Part shown: piece by piece, positions 37,997 through 50,868 of the stretch
Numbering within the stretch: position 1 is the stretch's first letter
Layout of the letters: every line of letters starts with the position of its first letter
DNA from: Oculina patagonica
Lineage: Eukaryota
Direction: 5' to 3'
DNA: 64,000 nt
Assembly: GCF_052425735.1 (NCBI RefSeq)
Contig: NC_135769.1
Location: 17,484,001 to 17,548,000, forward strand
Notes under the pieces: model-generated
The model's database searches: none
The model's input: the letters and a program-made list of their open reading frames with translations, nothing else
Told to the model about the DNA's origin: nothing
Program-made: the position numbers and the translations under genes

Positions 37997-39214
37997 CAAA
38001 GTGAGTGTTTGTTCACATATTTTATTTCAATTGAAGCGATCGAGGAGCAAATTATTTATTTCAAAAGTTTTAATCGAACATCTGAGAAGTTTTGCTAACG
38101 TGACAGGGAATCGGCATATCGACAAAGAAACGATCTCCGCACCGTACTGCCACGCTTATACTTCCTTATTTTTTATCAATTTATCTTGTTTTTTTCTAGT
38201 TTTGTGTGCTAGCGTTTATTGTCATATATTTGGTAAAACATTGTAAATCAACATTACAACTTTGGAAAGATTTCTTTCTTGTCTTACTTTCCCGCGAAAC
38301 GGCGCGCGCGATGCTTTGGAATGTTTTGAAACTGGTAAGGACCGCCCACGCACGCATATGCCGGCGCGCTCAATCAGCAATCGCAAGGTCTCACATGAAT
38401 GGCTGGCTACCCTTTGAGAGAACAATCGAACAAACAACAGGAACAATGCCCCTAGCCCCCAAAACAATAGTAACTGCTACACTAGAGAACCAGTAGAGTT
38501 ACAAGCTTACGAGAGCAAATACACTACTGAAAATGCTTACGGCACAATTCACGCATAAATTAACGTTCATTAATAAATGGATATTTTCTGAAAAGATTAT
38601 CTGTTAAAAAAATCACCTCAAAATCTAGCGATCCTTAGAGCCTACAAAAACTTTTGTAATACCATATGAAATGCTTAGGCTGTGAATTTATGGTTTGCTT
38701 TAGAACACATGGAAGAGATGCCTGATTCTATTGTATGACTGCAAATTATTTACACACTAAAAGCGTGACTTCCTACGATACCGCGCGCTTCATCAATATC
38801 TAGGAGGAAGAGAGAAAATGGAAAAGAGATTGGCCCATATCCCTTGTGACTTAACGTGACAAACTAGTCCAGCTATCAAAACGGCTACCAAGGGTATCGA
38901 AACATAAAACGTTCATAAATGAATTCAAATTATAACGATTTTGACTGCCACGGTTTTTCTTCCTTTTCGTGAACTCTTAATGTAATTATGAAAACGCAGA
39001 AAAATTCTTTTGATCTAATGTCGATGCTTTCTTTTCTAGAAATGGCAGCTCAAGCAAGTATTTACAGCTAGCTTTTACCTTCGAAGACGTCTGGTCACCG
39101 TGTACCACATTTGACCACTGGACTGTGACAGTAGATTATAGCAAACAATTGTTAAACAGAGAATTGTAAATATCATATCTAGCTGTTTTCTTTGTAGGTT
39201 ATTTGTCACTAGAC

Positions 39215-39502
39215 CATACAAGACACTTGTGATTTTTGTTTCTTGATTTGATACACAGTGCGAGCATTTTATTTATATGCCACTGCTGTGTTTTGTTGCC
39301 GTGACCCTGGAGTTCACGACGAAACTTACTTTTTATTTGATGATGTTTAAAAATATATCATACAAGACACTTGTGATTTTTGTTTCTTGATTTGATACAC
39401 AGTGCGAGCATTTTATTTATATGCCACTGCTGTGTTTTGTTGCCGTGACCCTGGAGTTCACGACGAAACTTACTTTTTATTTGATGATGTTTAAAAATAT
39501 AT
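39215..39502. repeat. Apparently perfect 144-bp tandem duplication
   Basis: CATACAAGACACTTGTG...AAAATATAT starts at both 39215 and 39359. Confidence 0.9.
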
Positions 39503-39782
39503 CGCAGTGAAATGTGTATTCACGAGATTTGTTTTATTAAAAGGATATAAAAGGAAGCATGGTTGCTGCACTTGCTGACTTTGGCCAAAGATATAAGATC
39601 TTCAATAAGTTTTATGTCTCGTGGAAACCAATAAACAACAATAAGCAAACACGTCTGAAGATCAAATTTGCAAATTTTTAGCCGGAAACGAATTTGCTTG
39701 TTGATTTGCCTGCTGCGCGTTGCAGACGTCACGCGACAAACGCAACATGCGTGATTTAATCATTCCACACCAAACATTGCCC

Positions 39783-39787
39783 GGGAG

Positions 39788-39823
<36 letters not shown>

Positions 39824-41501
39824 GGTATGATTTTATTATGTCAGCGGTCAACCAACTAATCAATGATCAACTAGAAGCTGCCCGCAGTCACTCAGCGGTG
39901 ACATAAATAGAAGTGGTAGATACGTCATGTATAAAAGTCACACAACGAGGCAATGAAACTAAAGTAGACGAGTGAGAAAACTGGGGTTAACCTCGGTGTA
40001 AAAACCTGTGAAATTTTCCTTTGTTTTGGAACTATTGAGGTTCTTTGTTGCGTTGAGTGCCCAACTGTACCCGCCTCGCCGACAGGATGTACTCTGTGTG
40101 CTCCTGTGTGCAATGCTATTAAAGGGGCAGCTTGAAATAGAACCTAGTTGTCGTACAAAGGCGCTTTCCCGTCTGCATGTCTGTTTTGCACTTCGTTGAC
40201 AGCGTTTATTTTTAGGTATTTTGTTTGTTTTTATTAGCGAAAGAACCGATCACGCGATCACACGATATTCCCGCCATTTTTGGGCTTAGCAGCCAATCAG
40301 ATATTAGCTCTCCCTCGTGGATTGGAGCGAGTAGGAGAATGAAAGACTAAGAGAAAAATAATCCCTTATCGGAAACAGTTTGCTTGTACCTTGCACACAA
40401 AAGTAGGAAAATAGCGTGTTTTGAACGGGATTAAGCCTTACAGAATTGTAAGTATATCGACGATATGTTAGAAAAAGCTTTTTTTGTCGTTTCAATTTGT
40501 ATTTTATCCGATTTTGAAGATGTTATAATCGACCCACATGTATACCTTTACTTTCAGTTGACAAGCTAGCGTGTGCAAGTTGGAATTTGTGCCAATAAAC
40601 TAGTTCACAACAACCGGTAGATCCCGTGGACCTTATTTTCCTTGTGAATTCAAGTAGTACCCTAACCCGTGGTGCGAAACAATGTCATCCTTCAATTGCT
40701 TTAGAATTGCGGCCTTTGCCTTCCGTAGACCTTTCTTTGACGAATGCGTTTCCTGACTTTTGCTCAAACATGGGTTGTACTGCAATTATAATCACATAAC
40801 AGATTTTTGATAAGACTGAGACAAACTGTTTTAAATATATAAATATTCCAATTTTTTCTGAAGGAAAAACGATGCATGCCTTGGCTTCTTGCTTCCTATT
40901 ATTTGAATTTTAAAATCACTTAAATACTCTGATGGGTCTGAAGGGTACAATTTTAGGGTCAATTTTCTGGGGTTCTCTCTACATCATAAGATTCCGTCAA
41001 CAGTGGATTGTTTCTCTTCTTTTGTAAGTGAATTTCGATAACAAAACCAAGATAGTGACGACTGCAATTTCGTTTCGATAAGTACATTTACTATTGCATT
41101 TACTAGAGCACTTCATAGAATAAATTAATCATCGTCGGAAAAAATGAAAGAAACCACTCTTAGACAAATTGTCTTTAAAACAAAGACCTTGTATGTTTAT
41201 TTACCTTTCTTACAATGATTTCGCATTCCTTAGTATCCATTTCGGTAAGAATTTTGATTGCGTAATTATCCGCAAACGCACATGCTGAGCATTGACCTAG
41301 CACTTCATTGCTAAATTTAATTGAATGATTGAACTATTACGAAATATTATTTCTCTACGTGGAGGTCAAGTTGCACCTAAAGACCGCTGGTTTACCGCTC
41401 ATTCACGCCTAGTTAGTTATTACTTAAATGGGAAGACCGCTGACATGATAATATCATACCGCGGAAGGGGGTCACAGAGTCTACGTGTGAATTCGCCTCC
41501 C
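39783..41501. mobile_element. Non-autonomous MULE (Mutator-like) element
   Basis: TIRs over 50 bp (GGGAGGCGAATTC.CACGTAGACTCTGTGACCCCCTTCCGCGGTATGAT) and an 11-bp TSD AAACATTGCCC at 39772-39782 and 41502-41512. Confidence 0.8.
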
Positions 41502-41761
41502 AAACATTGCCCACATCAGAACCCGCTACAAATCATTTTAACAGTGTAAAAATAAACATTTGGAAGTAGAAACATAGAAGCTAACAGTACGTAATCCTAA
41601 CTAATTTCTCTTTCTTGAAAAAATTAGCTTCTCTTGTAACTACTCTTGAAATTAGAGGGTTTAATAAAGGTGATGTATGTAACTCCAGAGTAGCACATTC
41701 TCTGCGTTCCTTTAAACAGAACTTGCAAAATGATCTTATGGCTATATCTTCATAATTTTCG

Positions 41762-42261
41762 NNNNNNNNNNNNNNNNNNNNNNNNNNNNNNNNNNNNNNN
41801 NNNNNNNNNNNNNNNNNNNNNNNNNNNNNNNNNNNNNNNNNNNNNNNNNNNNNNNNNNNNNNNNNNNNNNNNNNNNNNNNNNNNNNNNNNNNNNNNNNNN
41901 NNNNNNNNNNNNNNNNNNNNNNNNNNNNNNNNNNNNNNNNNNNNNNNNNNNNNNNNNNNNNNNNNNNNNNNNNNNNNNNNNNNNNNNNNNNNNNNNNNNN
42001 NNNNNNNNNNNNNNNNNNNNNNNNNNNNNNNNNNNNNNNNNNNNNNNNNNNNNNNNNNNNNNNNNNNNNNNNNNNNNNNNNNNNNNNNNNNNNNNNNNNN
42101 NNNNNNNNNNNNNNNNNNNNNNNNNNNNNNNNNNNNNNNNNNNNNNNNNNNNNNNNNNNNNNNNNNNNNNNNNNNNNNNNNNNNNNNNNNNNNNNNNNNN
42201 NNNNNNNNNNNNNNNNNNNNNNNNNNNNNNNNNNNNNNNNNNNNNNNNNNNNNNNNNNNNN
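41762..42261. other. Assembly gap (500 N) at the symmetry centre of the array
   Basis: Run of N whose two flanks are inverted homologues. Confidence 1.
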
Positions 42262-43861
42262 TGGAAATTATGAAGATAAAGCCAAGAGATCATTTTGGAA
42301 GTTCTGTTTATATAAACCCAAAGCACGTGCTACTCTTAAGTTAGGATCACTTGCTGTTTCTACGCCAAAATGTGTAGTTTCCCAATGTTGAAATGATTTC
42401 TAGCGGGTTCTAATTGTTTGTTGTTCTTGTCCTGGCTTGTAGTGAAATGTTAGCGCTGTCTGGATTAATTCCCATGCATGTTGGGCCTCTCGCGTGACGT
42501 GTGCAGAGCGCATCAGACAACTCTGACAGACAATTAAAACCAAACAAATTAACTTCCGGCTAAAAAATTTGCATACCGTATTTGACCTTCAGACGTGCTC
42601 GCTTATTGTGCATACTTCGTTTATATGTTTCCACGATACATAAAACTTATTGAAGATCTAATAACTTTGGCCAAATTCAGCAAGTACAGCAACCACGAAC
42701 GCAGTCATGCACCGGCCATGTAACAGTTAGAATACCATGACACACTGAGTATGTTTCAAAGTGCATCTTTATAATAAAGCAAATCGCGTGAATACATATT
42801 TCACTGCGATCTATTTACATCAACGAATACAATTAGTTATGACAAGTCTGTTTCGTCCTGAACCCCAGGGTCACGGCAACAAAACACAATCAAAGGTAGC
42901 ATGAGAATAAAATTTGATTAACACAATCTTTGACTATTTAAAAAGGCAGTGCTATTTACAATCATATTTTTGCGGCGGTTATTGTTCATACTGCGTCTAA
43001 AACCAGAAACAAGCGTCTTACATGGTTCATCGAAAAAATACGCTCAAAGAAAACAGCTAGATATGATATTTACAATTCTCTGTTTTACAATTGTTTGCTA
43101 TAATCTACTGTCACAGTCCAGTGGTCAAATGTGGTACACGGTGACCAGACGTCTTCAAAAGTAAAAGCTAGCTGTGAGATCTTGCTTGAGCTGTCATTTC
43201 TAGAAAAGAAAGCATCGACATTAGATCAAACGAATTTTTCTGCGTTTTCATAATTACATTAAGAGTTCACGAAAAGGAAGAAAACCCGTGGCAGTCAAGA
43301 TCTATAACATGAAATTCAAAATAAAGTTCATTTATGTTTTCGCAAAGGAAAGAACGGTCTATGTTTCGATAGCCCTTGTAACTGGACGTTTTTGGGATAT
43401 TGGATGTCTGTTTTCCATTTTCTTTCTTCAACCTCTTTAAAGCTTCTGGTCGCTCGCTCGCGGTAACGTACGAAGTCAGTTCATAAATAGTCACTAATAA
43501 AATAAATGTGAAATAAAATGATCTTTGCAGTGTAAATAATTTACCAAGTCTGAAATAGTAGAATCGGGTATCTCTTCCGGCAAACGTTTTTTAGAACAGC
43601 TTTCAAAAGCCGTTCTAAAAGGCCTTCCCAGCGTTTTTGCAGTTAGTTTATTATATTTCTTTCTTTACGGAAAGCCGTGTACAAGCTTTCGTGAAATTTC
43701 AGTTCTTTTATGTGTTCTAAAACAAACCTTAAATTCACGGCTCAGCATTTCATCCCTAATTTCATGTAGATATGTTAACACAAAAGTTTTTGTAGGCTGT
43801 TAGGATCGCTAGATTTTGATATTATTTTTTTAACAAATTCTCTCCCGAAAATATCCATTTA

Positions 43862-44675
43862 TTATTCCTCGCGAAGCGAGGCCGAAGGCCGAGCGTCGCG
43901 GGGTGTATAATTTTGTCCCTCAAAGGGCTCAGGCGGGATGAAATCTCGTGTGGAGTTTACGGTCATATATATATATATATATATTTGTGAGCTTGGTGTC
44001 TGGCGGAAATGACGTCACACGGCCGCGCGCTGGTGGCCTTATGGTAAGGCGTCGAACTTCAAATCAGATCTTCGGGACTGAGGGCGGGGGTTCGAATCCC
44101 GCTTAGGTTTTTTTTTCTTTTTTTTTTGTAGGTTCGAATCCTGAGCCTTTCAGATTTATCGTTTTTCTTTTCGGATTAAAATAACACTGATTTCCAAATA
44201 ATACTCCCTCAACGCCTATTCAGGCTATAAATCTTTCATGGCCATCAGGGGCGCGCGGGCGGAGGGTTCGAATCCTCCTGCCGTTCGTTCTTCTTTTTTT
44301 AATGCCCTGAAATAAATGTCCAAAATACGAATATCCAATAATTTGTCGATGATTTTGAAAATAGCCTGCGCTTCCCAACGCTTTTAGACTTGCTTACAAG
44401 TCGAGCTCACAGAAGCTCACTACCACCAAACCGGAAATGAAAAAGCGAACGACTTTTAGAAAGTCTACAACGCTTTATACCTCTTTACGAACCAGAAAGA
44501 GCCGCCATTTTCAAAGCGGAGTAGACCCTGGGAACGAGGGTGTCGCGGCCATGTCCGTTACTAGGCAACAATAACAAATCACCGGTTAAAACCGGTTATC
44601 ACTCCTTATTTATAACACCCCCCTCCCTCCCCAACCCAGAGCTTCGCGAGGCCCTGCGAGTCACGTATTACTAGT
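43862..44675 (+). mobile_element. Helentron/HINE-like non-autonomous rolling-circle element with tRNA-like inserts
   Basis: Subterminal IRs CCTCGCGAAGC (43867) and GCTTCGCGAGG (44641), 5' palindrome, (TA)n tract, 3' CTAGT end, and three GGTTCGAATCC B boxes. Absent from the mirror arm near 38570. Confidence 0.6.
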
Positions 44676-45060
44676 TAATTAGTTAATTTATGCGTGAAGT
44701 CAACGAAGCGTGGGCGGTCCTGTGGCACGTTTGGACAGTTTTCGGTAAACAGTTAAATCTTTGCTTGCGGAGTAGCTTGCGCGCCGTTTCGCGGGAAAGA
44801 AAAAATCGTTCCAAAGTCGTACTGTTTACTAAGTTTTACCAGCAAAACGACAATAAACACTAGCACATAAAACTAGAAAAAACAAAATAAATATACAAAA
44901 AAGGGGAGTATAAGCGTGGCAGTACAGAGCGGACAGCGTTCCTTTTCTCGACCCTATTGATATCCTGTAGCCTTCTCAAACGTTTGATCAAAACTTTTGA
45001 AACAAATAATTTGCCCCTCGATTGCAGCCATTAAATATGTGAACAAGCGCACTCACTTTG

Positions 45061-45246
45061 TCAACAAAACCTCTCGTCATGTTCTTGAGGCTGCTTGCCA
45101 GCTTCGTTTAAATCGTCCTCTCTTCTGATCCGTCTTTGTGCCCCTGTTGCTTCACTCTTGTCCGACAACTTTAAAACCACCACTGCTATTATCCCGCCGA
45201 TGGCAGCGAACACAGAACAGCGCAAAATTTCTTCGCGAGAAAACAT
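45061..45246 (-). CDS. PQEHDERFC microprotein, copy 6 (61 aa)
   Basis: MFSREEILRCSVFAAIGGIIAVVVLKLSDKSEATGAQRRIRREDDLNEAGKQPQEHDERFC*. Donor GTGAGT 4 nt after the stop; 3'UTR exon from 43199. Confidence 0.85.
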   Translation of the reverse strand: MFSREEILRCSVFAAIGGIIAVVVLKLSDKSEATGAQRRIRREDDLNEAGKQPQEHDERFC

Positions 45247-45939
45247 CTCTGTTAGGTTTTGTTTAGCACGCCACGCACTCTTCTGGCGGTACGAAACCGA
45301 TGTAGAGACACGTTCTGCAGCACACGAGATAATCTGGACGTAATTAACGTATAACGGGGGTAAAAACAAGGGCATGCATGAAATTCCAAAACGAAACTTT
45401 GTTATAAATAGGAACCAATGAGCGCACGCTAAATGCACTGCGCTGCATGATATTGGATACACCTGAGCGCCGACTTGCGGAGCAAGCGATGTTTCTCTAA
45501 CCTTTGTTTTGTGAAAGGACAGTGTGATGGATTCAAAAAGAGCGACTCGCTTTAAACGAAACTCTACATAACCCATATTCTTACAAGTTAATAAAAGGCG
45601 AATGGAAACGTAAACTTACTCATTTACGCGACACGCTGCTTTAAACCGTTCGGAAGGGTCGGAAAGTGACTTAATTTTCCATTGTCGACTAGTGAGTTAT
45701 TTTTAAATCACATTATTGAATATAGTTCTCACAAGGGAAAAAGAGATTTTCGTAAATTAGGTGTCTTCAGGAGCGAGTAAAAATGTTGTAAACCAAACAG
45801 TATATGAAATTCTTTACTTTGAAACATATCTGCTAGAGTATTCGACGAGATGCCAAAGCGTCTTCTGTGCGAAGTCTTAGCGAGATCCAATTCACAGAAT
45901 TTACATCAGTATTTATATCGTGTGACACAGGTTGATTTC

Positions 45940-45950
45940 GGGGATTCCCC
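45940..45950. promoter_or_regulatory. NF-kB consensus site upstream of copy 6
   Basis: GGGGATTCCCC, about 700 bp 5' of the ATG at 45246. Confidence 0.5.
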
Positions 45951-46049
45951 AGCGACTACTATTGATAAGAAACATTTCAATAAACTGAGGGATGTTGTTT
46001 GTAAGTCACGAATTTACATTGTATGTTTCATTATCCTTTTGTTATATTA

Positions 46050-47420
46050 ACAAACAGAAATTCATTTCAGAATAAATATCAACGCTAAAAGTACATGACG
46101 TTTCGGCGACGACATGTCACCATGCCATTATCAAATGCAAATTTTTACATGGTACAGAACGATATTTATAGAAAAGAAAGTGTGAAACTAAATTACAATA
46201 AATGAGGCGTGGAAAACAGAAAAATGTGCATAACTAAGGCTACGTTTACACGGATACGGTTATCAATCGACACGGATCCTGACCTCCAAACCGCATCGAA
46301 ACCGACACGGTTTCGAAGTGTTTACACGGAGCCTATTTAACGATTTTCCGACTGTTTTCGAATGTGATTGTATAAGTAAGCGCTGCTCTCTATGCTTGTT
46401 TCACCATGTTTACCCTTCGCAAGCCAGCCAGTTCGTGCCAAAATACATGGCCGTTTTCAAATCGATGCGGTTTCGCCGTTTTTGACCGTTTACACGACAA
46501 CGAAACCGTATCGTTTTGAAAACGCTCCACTTTTGACAGCGTTTTCAAAACGACCCGGTTACAGTAGTGGTCTCGATCGGTGCCGTGTAAACGAAAGGCG
46601 TAACCGCATCGCTTTCGATGCGGTTACAAATGAAACCGTGTCCGTGTAAACGTAGCCTAAGTAAACAGTTTCGCTGGAATGGAGTCCTTTTGAGTGTTCA
46701 GGGATGGTTTCTTTTTCCTAATTAGGAGCATCTCGTAAATTAGGCACTCAAACTTTCCGCGGCATTTCTTTAGGATGGCAAATTGGCTGTGAAGGTCGAT
46801 CGGCTTTTGATTGTGTTGTTCTTGAAGGTGTTTACCAATTACGGAGTATCTGTGCTCCTCGATGCGCAGGTGAAGGTGGCGGCTCGTGTAGCCAATATAA
46901 TTCGCATTGCACGAATTACATTTATATTCATATACTACACTTTGTTGGTTTACTAGAGAGGGCTTTGTTTCCGTGAACTTCAATTCTTCAGAGATTTTCT
47001 TGCTTGTGAAGACTGATGTTATTTCACGATCTATTTTCTTTCCTAGGTCACACAGTTCTCTACGTACGTAGTCAGCCGATTTTTGATCTTTAAATGGCAA
47101 GGTGATGCGTACCGGGCTGTCCGCTGGCGCAATACAGCTTTCGTTCTGGTCTTGAGAGGAATGAAATCTGTTAAGGACAGAGTCAATTAATTTTCCGGGA
47201 TATTTCAGTTTCAGGAATGTGGTCTTTAGATCCCTACATTCTTGTGCGAAGAGATCCGGCGTGGAAGACAGGCGTTTGGCGCGATCAAACATAGTTCTTA
47301 AAAGTGATCGTTTATAGCGATTGCCGACGTGACTCTGGTAATGGAGCAGAAGTCCTTTATTGGTCTTTTTCCTGTAGACAGATGTGTTAAGGCGGTTATC
47401 GGTCTTAATGATTGCCATGC
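46050..47420 (-). mobile_element. 5'-truncated Penelope-like element (RT C-terminus plus GIY-YIG endonuclease)
   Basis: ORF 46657-47418 contains TSVYRKKT...VVYEYKCNSCNANYIGYTSRHLHLRIEEH...EMLLIRKKKPSLNTQ. Confidence 0.9.
46238..46657. mobile_element. PIF/Harbinger MITE inserted at the Penelope stop codon
   Basis: TIR GGCTACGTTTACACGGA / TCCGTGTAAACGTAGCC with TSD TAA. Confidence 0.85.
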
Positions 47421-49090
47421 ATAAGTTTTCGCGCGTGTTTTTAAACTAAATTTGAAGTTAATGGCATAAAATGTAAAAATTCTGGACCCAAACAGTGCTA
47501 TTTGATCAAAATTAGTTTTATCGGTCGGCTGGAAATATTTCTTTGAGCAACAGCTAATTAATTCGAGATTTTCGTGGGAATGAGTATCCTAATTCACGAC
47601 ACAACAAATTTAATTTCAATTTGGCGGCCAAATACGGTTGAATTTCGAGTGAATTTCGCCAAAAATGAACGTAGTAAATTTCTGAGAACTTGCACATCAA
47701 ATTAAAATAGGTTTGAAGACGAAAAGCCTTGATTTTTCAGTAAAAAGTCATATTTTTCTTCAATCATTTGGAGCTACATTGTTTTCCCACGCCGTGACAC
47801 GCTTCAATGACGCTGTCTCATCTCGGGTAGAAGGGTTTTGAATTCTACATGTAAAGGCGGGCTAGGTTTTATCCCTTCTAGCCGGGTAACTCGGTTAGCC
47901 GGGGCACCCTCCCTCCATGTAAACAGGCCCTTAGAGAAATTCAGAAAACAAACATGTATTTTTTTACAAGCCCTCTTTAAGAAGTCTTGTATTGTTATTT
48001 ATTTACATGTCGCTATCATCGTTAATACTCGGTTTGTTATTTTTTACAGTTGAAGCACGGGTTTTTCACTTAATTTAAAGCTTTTCCAACATGTTTCAAC
48101 ACCACTACACGCGAATTCTAAATAAAATGTAACTAAAAGCTCTAATTAGGTACTGAAGAAGGTTACGCTATTCGTAATGCACTTTTCTTCGCATTTCATT
48201 TCGCTACTGTCCACAATAAAAAAGTTTAAAGTTCTTCTTCGTTATGCAGAAGACACTGAAATAAAACGCTGCAACGTCAAGCTTGCGCATTCTAAGAAAG
48301 AGGCAGAGAACAAATTGTTAGTACAAAGGCAAAGTACAAATTTGTTATCAAGTCGGCAAGATTATTCAATTTGCGTGTCGATCACGCTAGTGTACCGGTA
48401 ATTCCTGTTTCTTAAGGTTACATGTAATTCAAACAAAAGAAAGTGAAATATTAAGTTTATAGTTTATTCTTTTGGCTTGCTTTACTAATCTGACTAGCAG
48501 TTTCTTGACGGAAATCGGCATCGCGCGAAACCATTTATTTTCTTTTTTGTAGAGGGGGTTTGAAAATTCATCACCCCTCGTAGCACGCAGCAATGGAAAA
48601 ATTGGCCGCCTAATTTCCAATACTTCTTGCGCAGATTAGAATCGACCTTTGTTTCTGATAGGTTTATTTATATATTGGGGTCACGAATGATTTGCATAAC
48701 GTGGTAGTATTTGTCATATTAACCAGGGTGACGTCATAAGTCATGTTTGAAAATATGCTGTCTTTTTCTTTTTTACCTGAAAGCGACGTCACAATACCCC
48801 CATACTCCCGACATCTCAGCCCACATAAGCCCAGAAGAAGCCAAATCAAACAACACAATTTGTATCTTTTCATAAAATGAGTTGAATAATAAAATAAAAT
48901 ATAAGTTAAACCTGCAAGACTTTAAAAATTAAAAGATCTCAGCCAAGCCATAGGCATGTTCTTGACAGCCTGATTACAAATTTCCACTGTGTATGAATCC
49001 CGACTGTTTGAGAGAAATCATAACTTCTGATATAAATAATTGGTCCCTCGATTTCTCGCATTAAATATGTAAAAAAGCACTCTCACCTTC

Positions 49091-49282
49091 TCAGCAAAAC
49101 CTCTCGTCATGTTCTTGTGGCTGCTTCTGATCAGGAGGTTGGTTGTTGAGACCATTAGGTCCTTTAATCGCCGTCACCCCTTTATCAATATTTTCCCAGA
49201 ACTTTAAGAACAGAACTGTGATTATCCCACCGACCATAGCACCGAACACTGCACCCCGCCAAACGTCTGCACGAGGAAACAT
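49091..49282 (-). CDS. PQEHDERFC microprotein, copy 7 (63 aa, most divergent)
   Basis: MFPRADVWRGAVFGAMVGGIITVLFLKFWENIDKGVTAIKGPNGLNNQPPDQKQPQEHDERFC*. Donor GTGAG 4 nt after the stop. Confidence 0.85.
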   Translation of the reverse strand: MFPRADVWRGAVFGAMVGGIITVLFLKFWENIDKGVTAIKGPNGLNNQPPDQKQPQEHDERFC

Positions 49283-50868
49283 CTTTGCTACTAGCCAAGA
49301 TAGAGTTCAAGTATTTAGCTCGCCGCACTTTAGGAACAATATAAACACAACAGGTCTTGTCGCTGACTTTCCACGTTGAGTATTGAGTTTCTTAGGGTCC
49401 TGTTTTTAATACATAAATAGAAACCAATGAAATCCACTTCCGGCGGGGTAACGTGCGAATGCATGCTAAGTGGCTACCGAACAATTAGAAAACTAGAAAC
49501 AAAGCAAATTTACTTCCAGTCCTGCGTGCTCGCTTATTGATGATAGTTTAATTAATTTAATGATAGATTTTACCTCAATAATATATATCACTGGGCAAAG
49601 TCAGCAAGTACATCAACCATGCAGCTGGAACTACAGCTCTTGCGGATGATAACGGCGGTCATATACCGGCGAGTCATGTAACAGTTAGAATACCAGAGTG
49701 TATTTTTTTTGGTTAACAAAACAAATCGCCTGAATACACATTTCAAAGCGACCTATTTACAACAACGAACAACGGATACAATTTATGATAAGTCTGTTTC
49801 GCCCTGAACTACATCATATCAACAAAACACAACAGAGCAAATGAATAGAATTTGATCAAAATAAAAATCTTTGACTAATTTAAAATAAAAAGCTGTGTAA
49901 TTTATTATCATCTTGTTGCGCTGGTTATCGCTCAAACAAGCAAGAGTCTTACATGGTTCATTGAAAAGCTAAGTTTTTACAGTTCTCTGTTCGAGAAATA
50001 ACTGTTTGTCACACTACATTGGCAAACGCTTGTGGTACAAGGTAAATCAGAAGTCTTACATGGCTCATTGAAAAGCTACGCACAAAGAAAACAGATATGG
50101 TATTTACAGTTCTCTGTTTGAGAAATAACTGTTTGTCACACTCCAGTGGCAAATTGTATTGTGATGCAAGGTAAACCAGACGTCTTTAAAAGGAAAAGCT
50201 GGCTGTAAGTTCTTGCTTGAGCTACCCGTTTCTAGAAAAGAAAGCATCGACATTAGATCAAACGGATTTTTCTACTTTATTATAATTAGAGTTCACAAAA
50301 AAGAAGAAAACACGTGACAGTTAATCACAATATCATCATCCAGGGCCAGTCGACAATTTCAAATAGTATTAAAACATGTTAAAAGGATAAACGTTAAACC
50401 AAATAACGAAAACCTTCATGGTGAAATTCACCAGAGCAGGTAAGATCAACTTCAAAAGCACTCCGCGCTTTCTATCGATATATTGTCTTCGCGTAAGTAG
50501 CCTGTTCCACTCGCAGACGTTTGGCTATCGCTTAAGTTGATCTTTACTTACTCTGGTGAATATCACCATAAAGGTTCCGTTATTCGGATTAACTTTTTTA
50601 TCCTTTACAATATCATCAATTCAAAGGGGAGTTCATATATGTTTTCACAAAGGAAAGAACGGTCAATATTTTAATAGCCCGCGTAGCTGCACGAATTTGT
50701 CACGTTATGCCAGATGACATATGGGTCAGTTACTTTTCCATTTTCTCTACTCCTCGATCTTAGAGGCTTCTGGTCGCTCGCGCGCGGTACGCGCGACAAA
50801 CAACATTGCTGCCGTACGAAGTCACGCTTTTGGTCATGATTGCGAAAAGCAAGCGGCGCATTTCAATA

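Noticed and set aside
37977-38246. Overlapping MTRGFA... ORF, with the microprotein acting as a uORF
   Set aside because: The ATG is lost in copies 4 and 10 (CAC GAC), substitutions are synonymous in the HDERFC frame, and the spliced continuation checked (copy 2) stops after about 23 codons.
45247-45576. N-terminal extensions in the ORF track (copies 1, 6 and 10)
   Set aside because: They are not conserved among paralogs, and that of copy 6 crosses the conserved promoter motifs.
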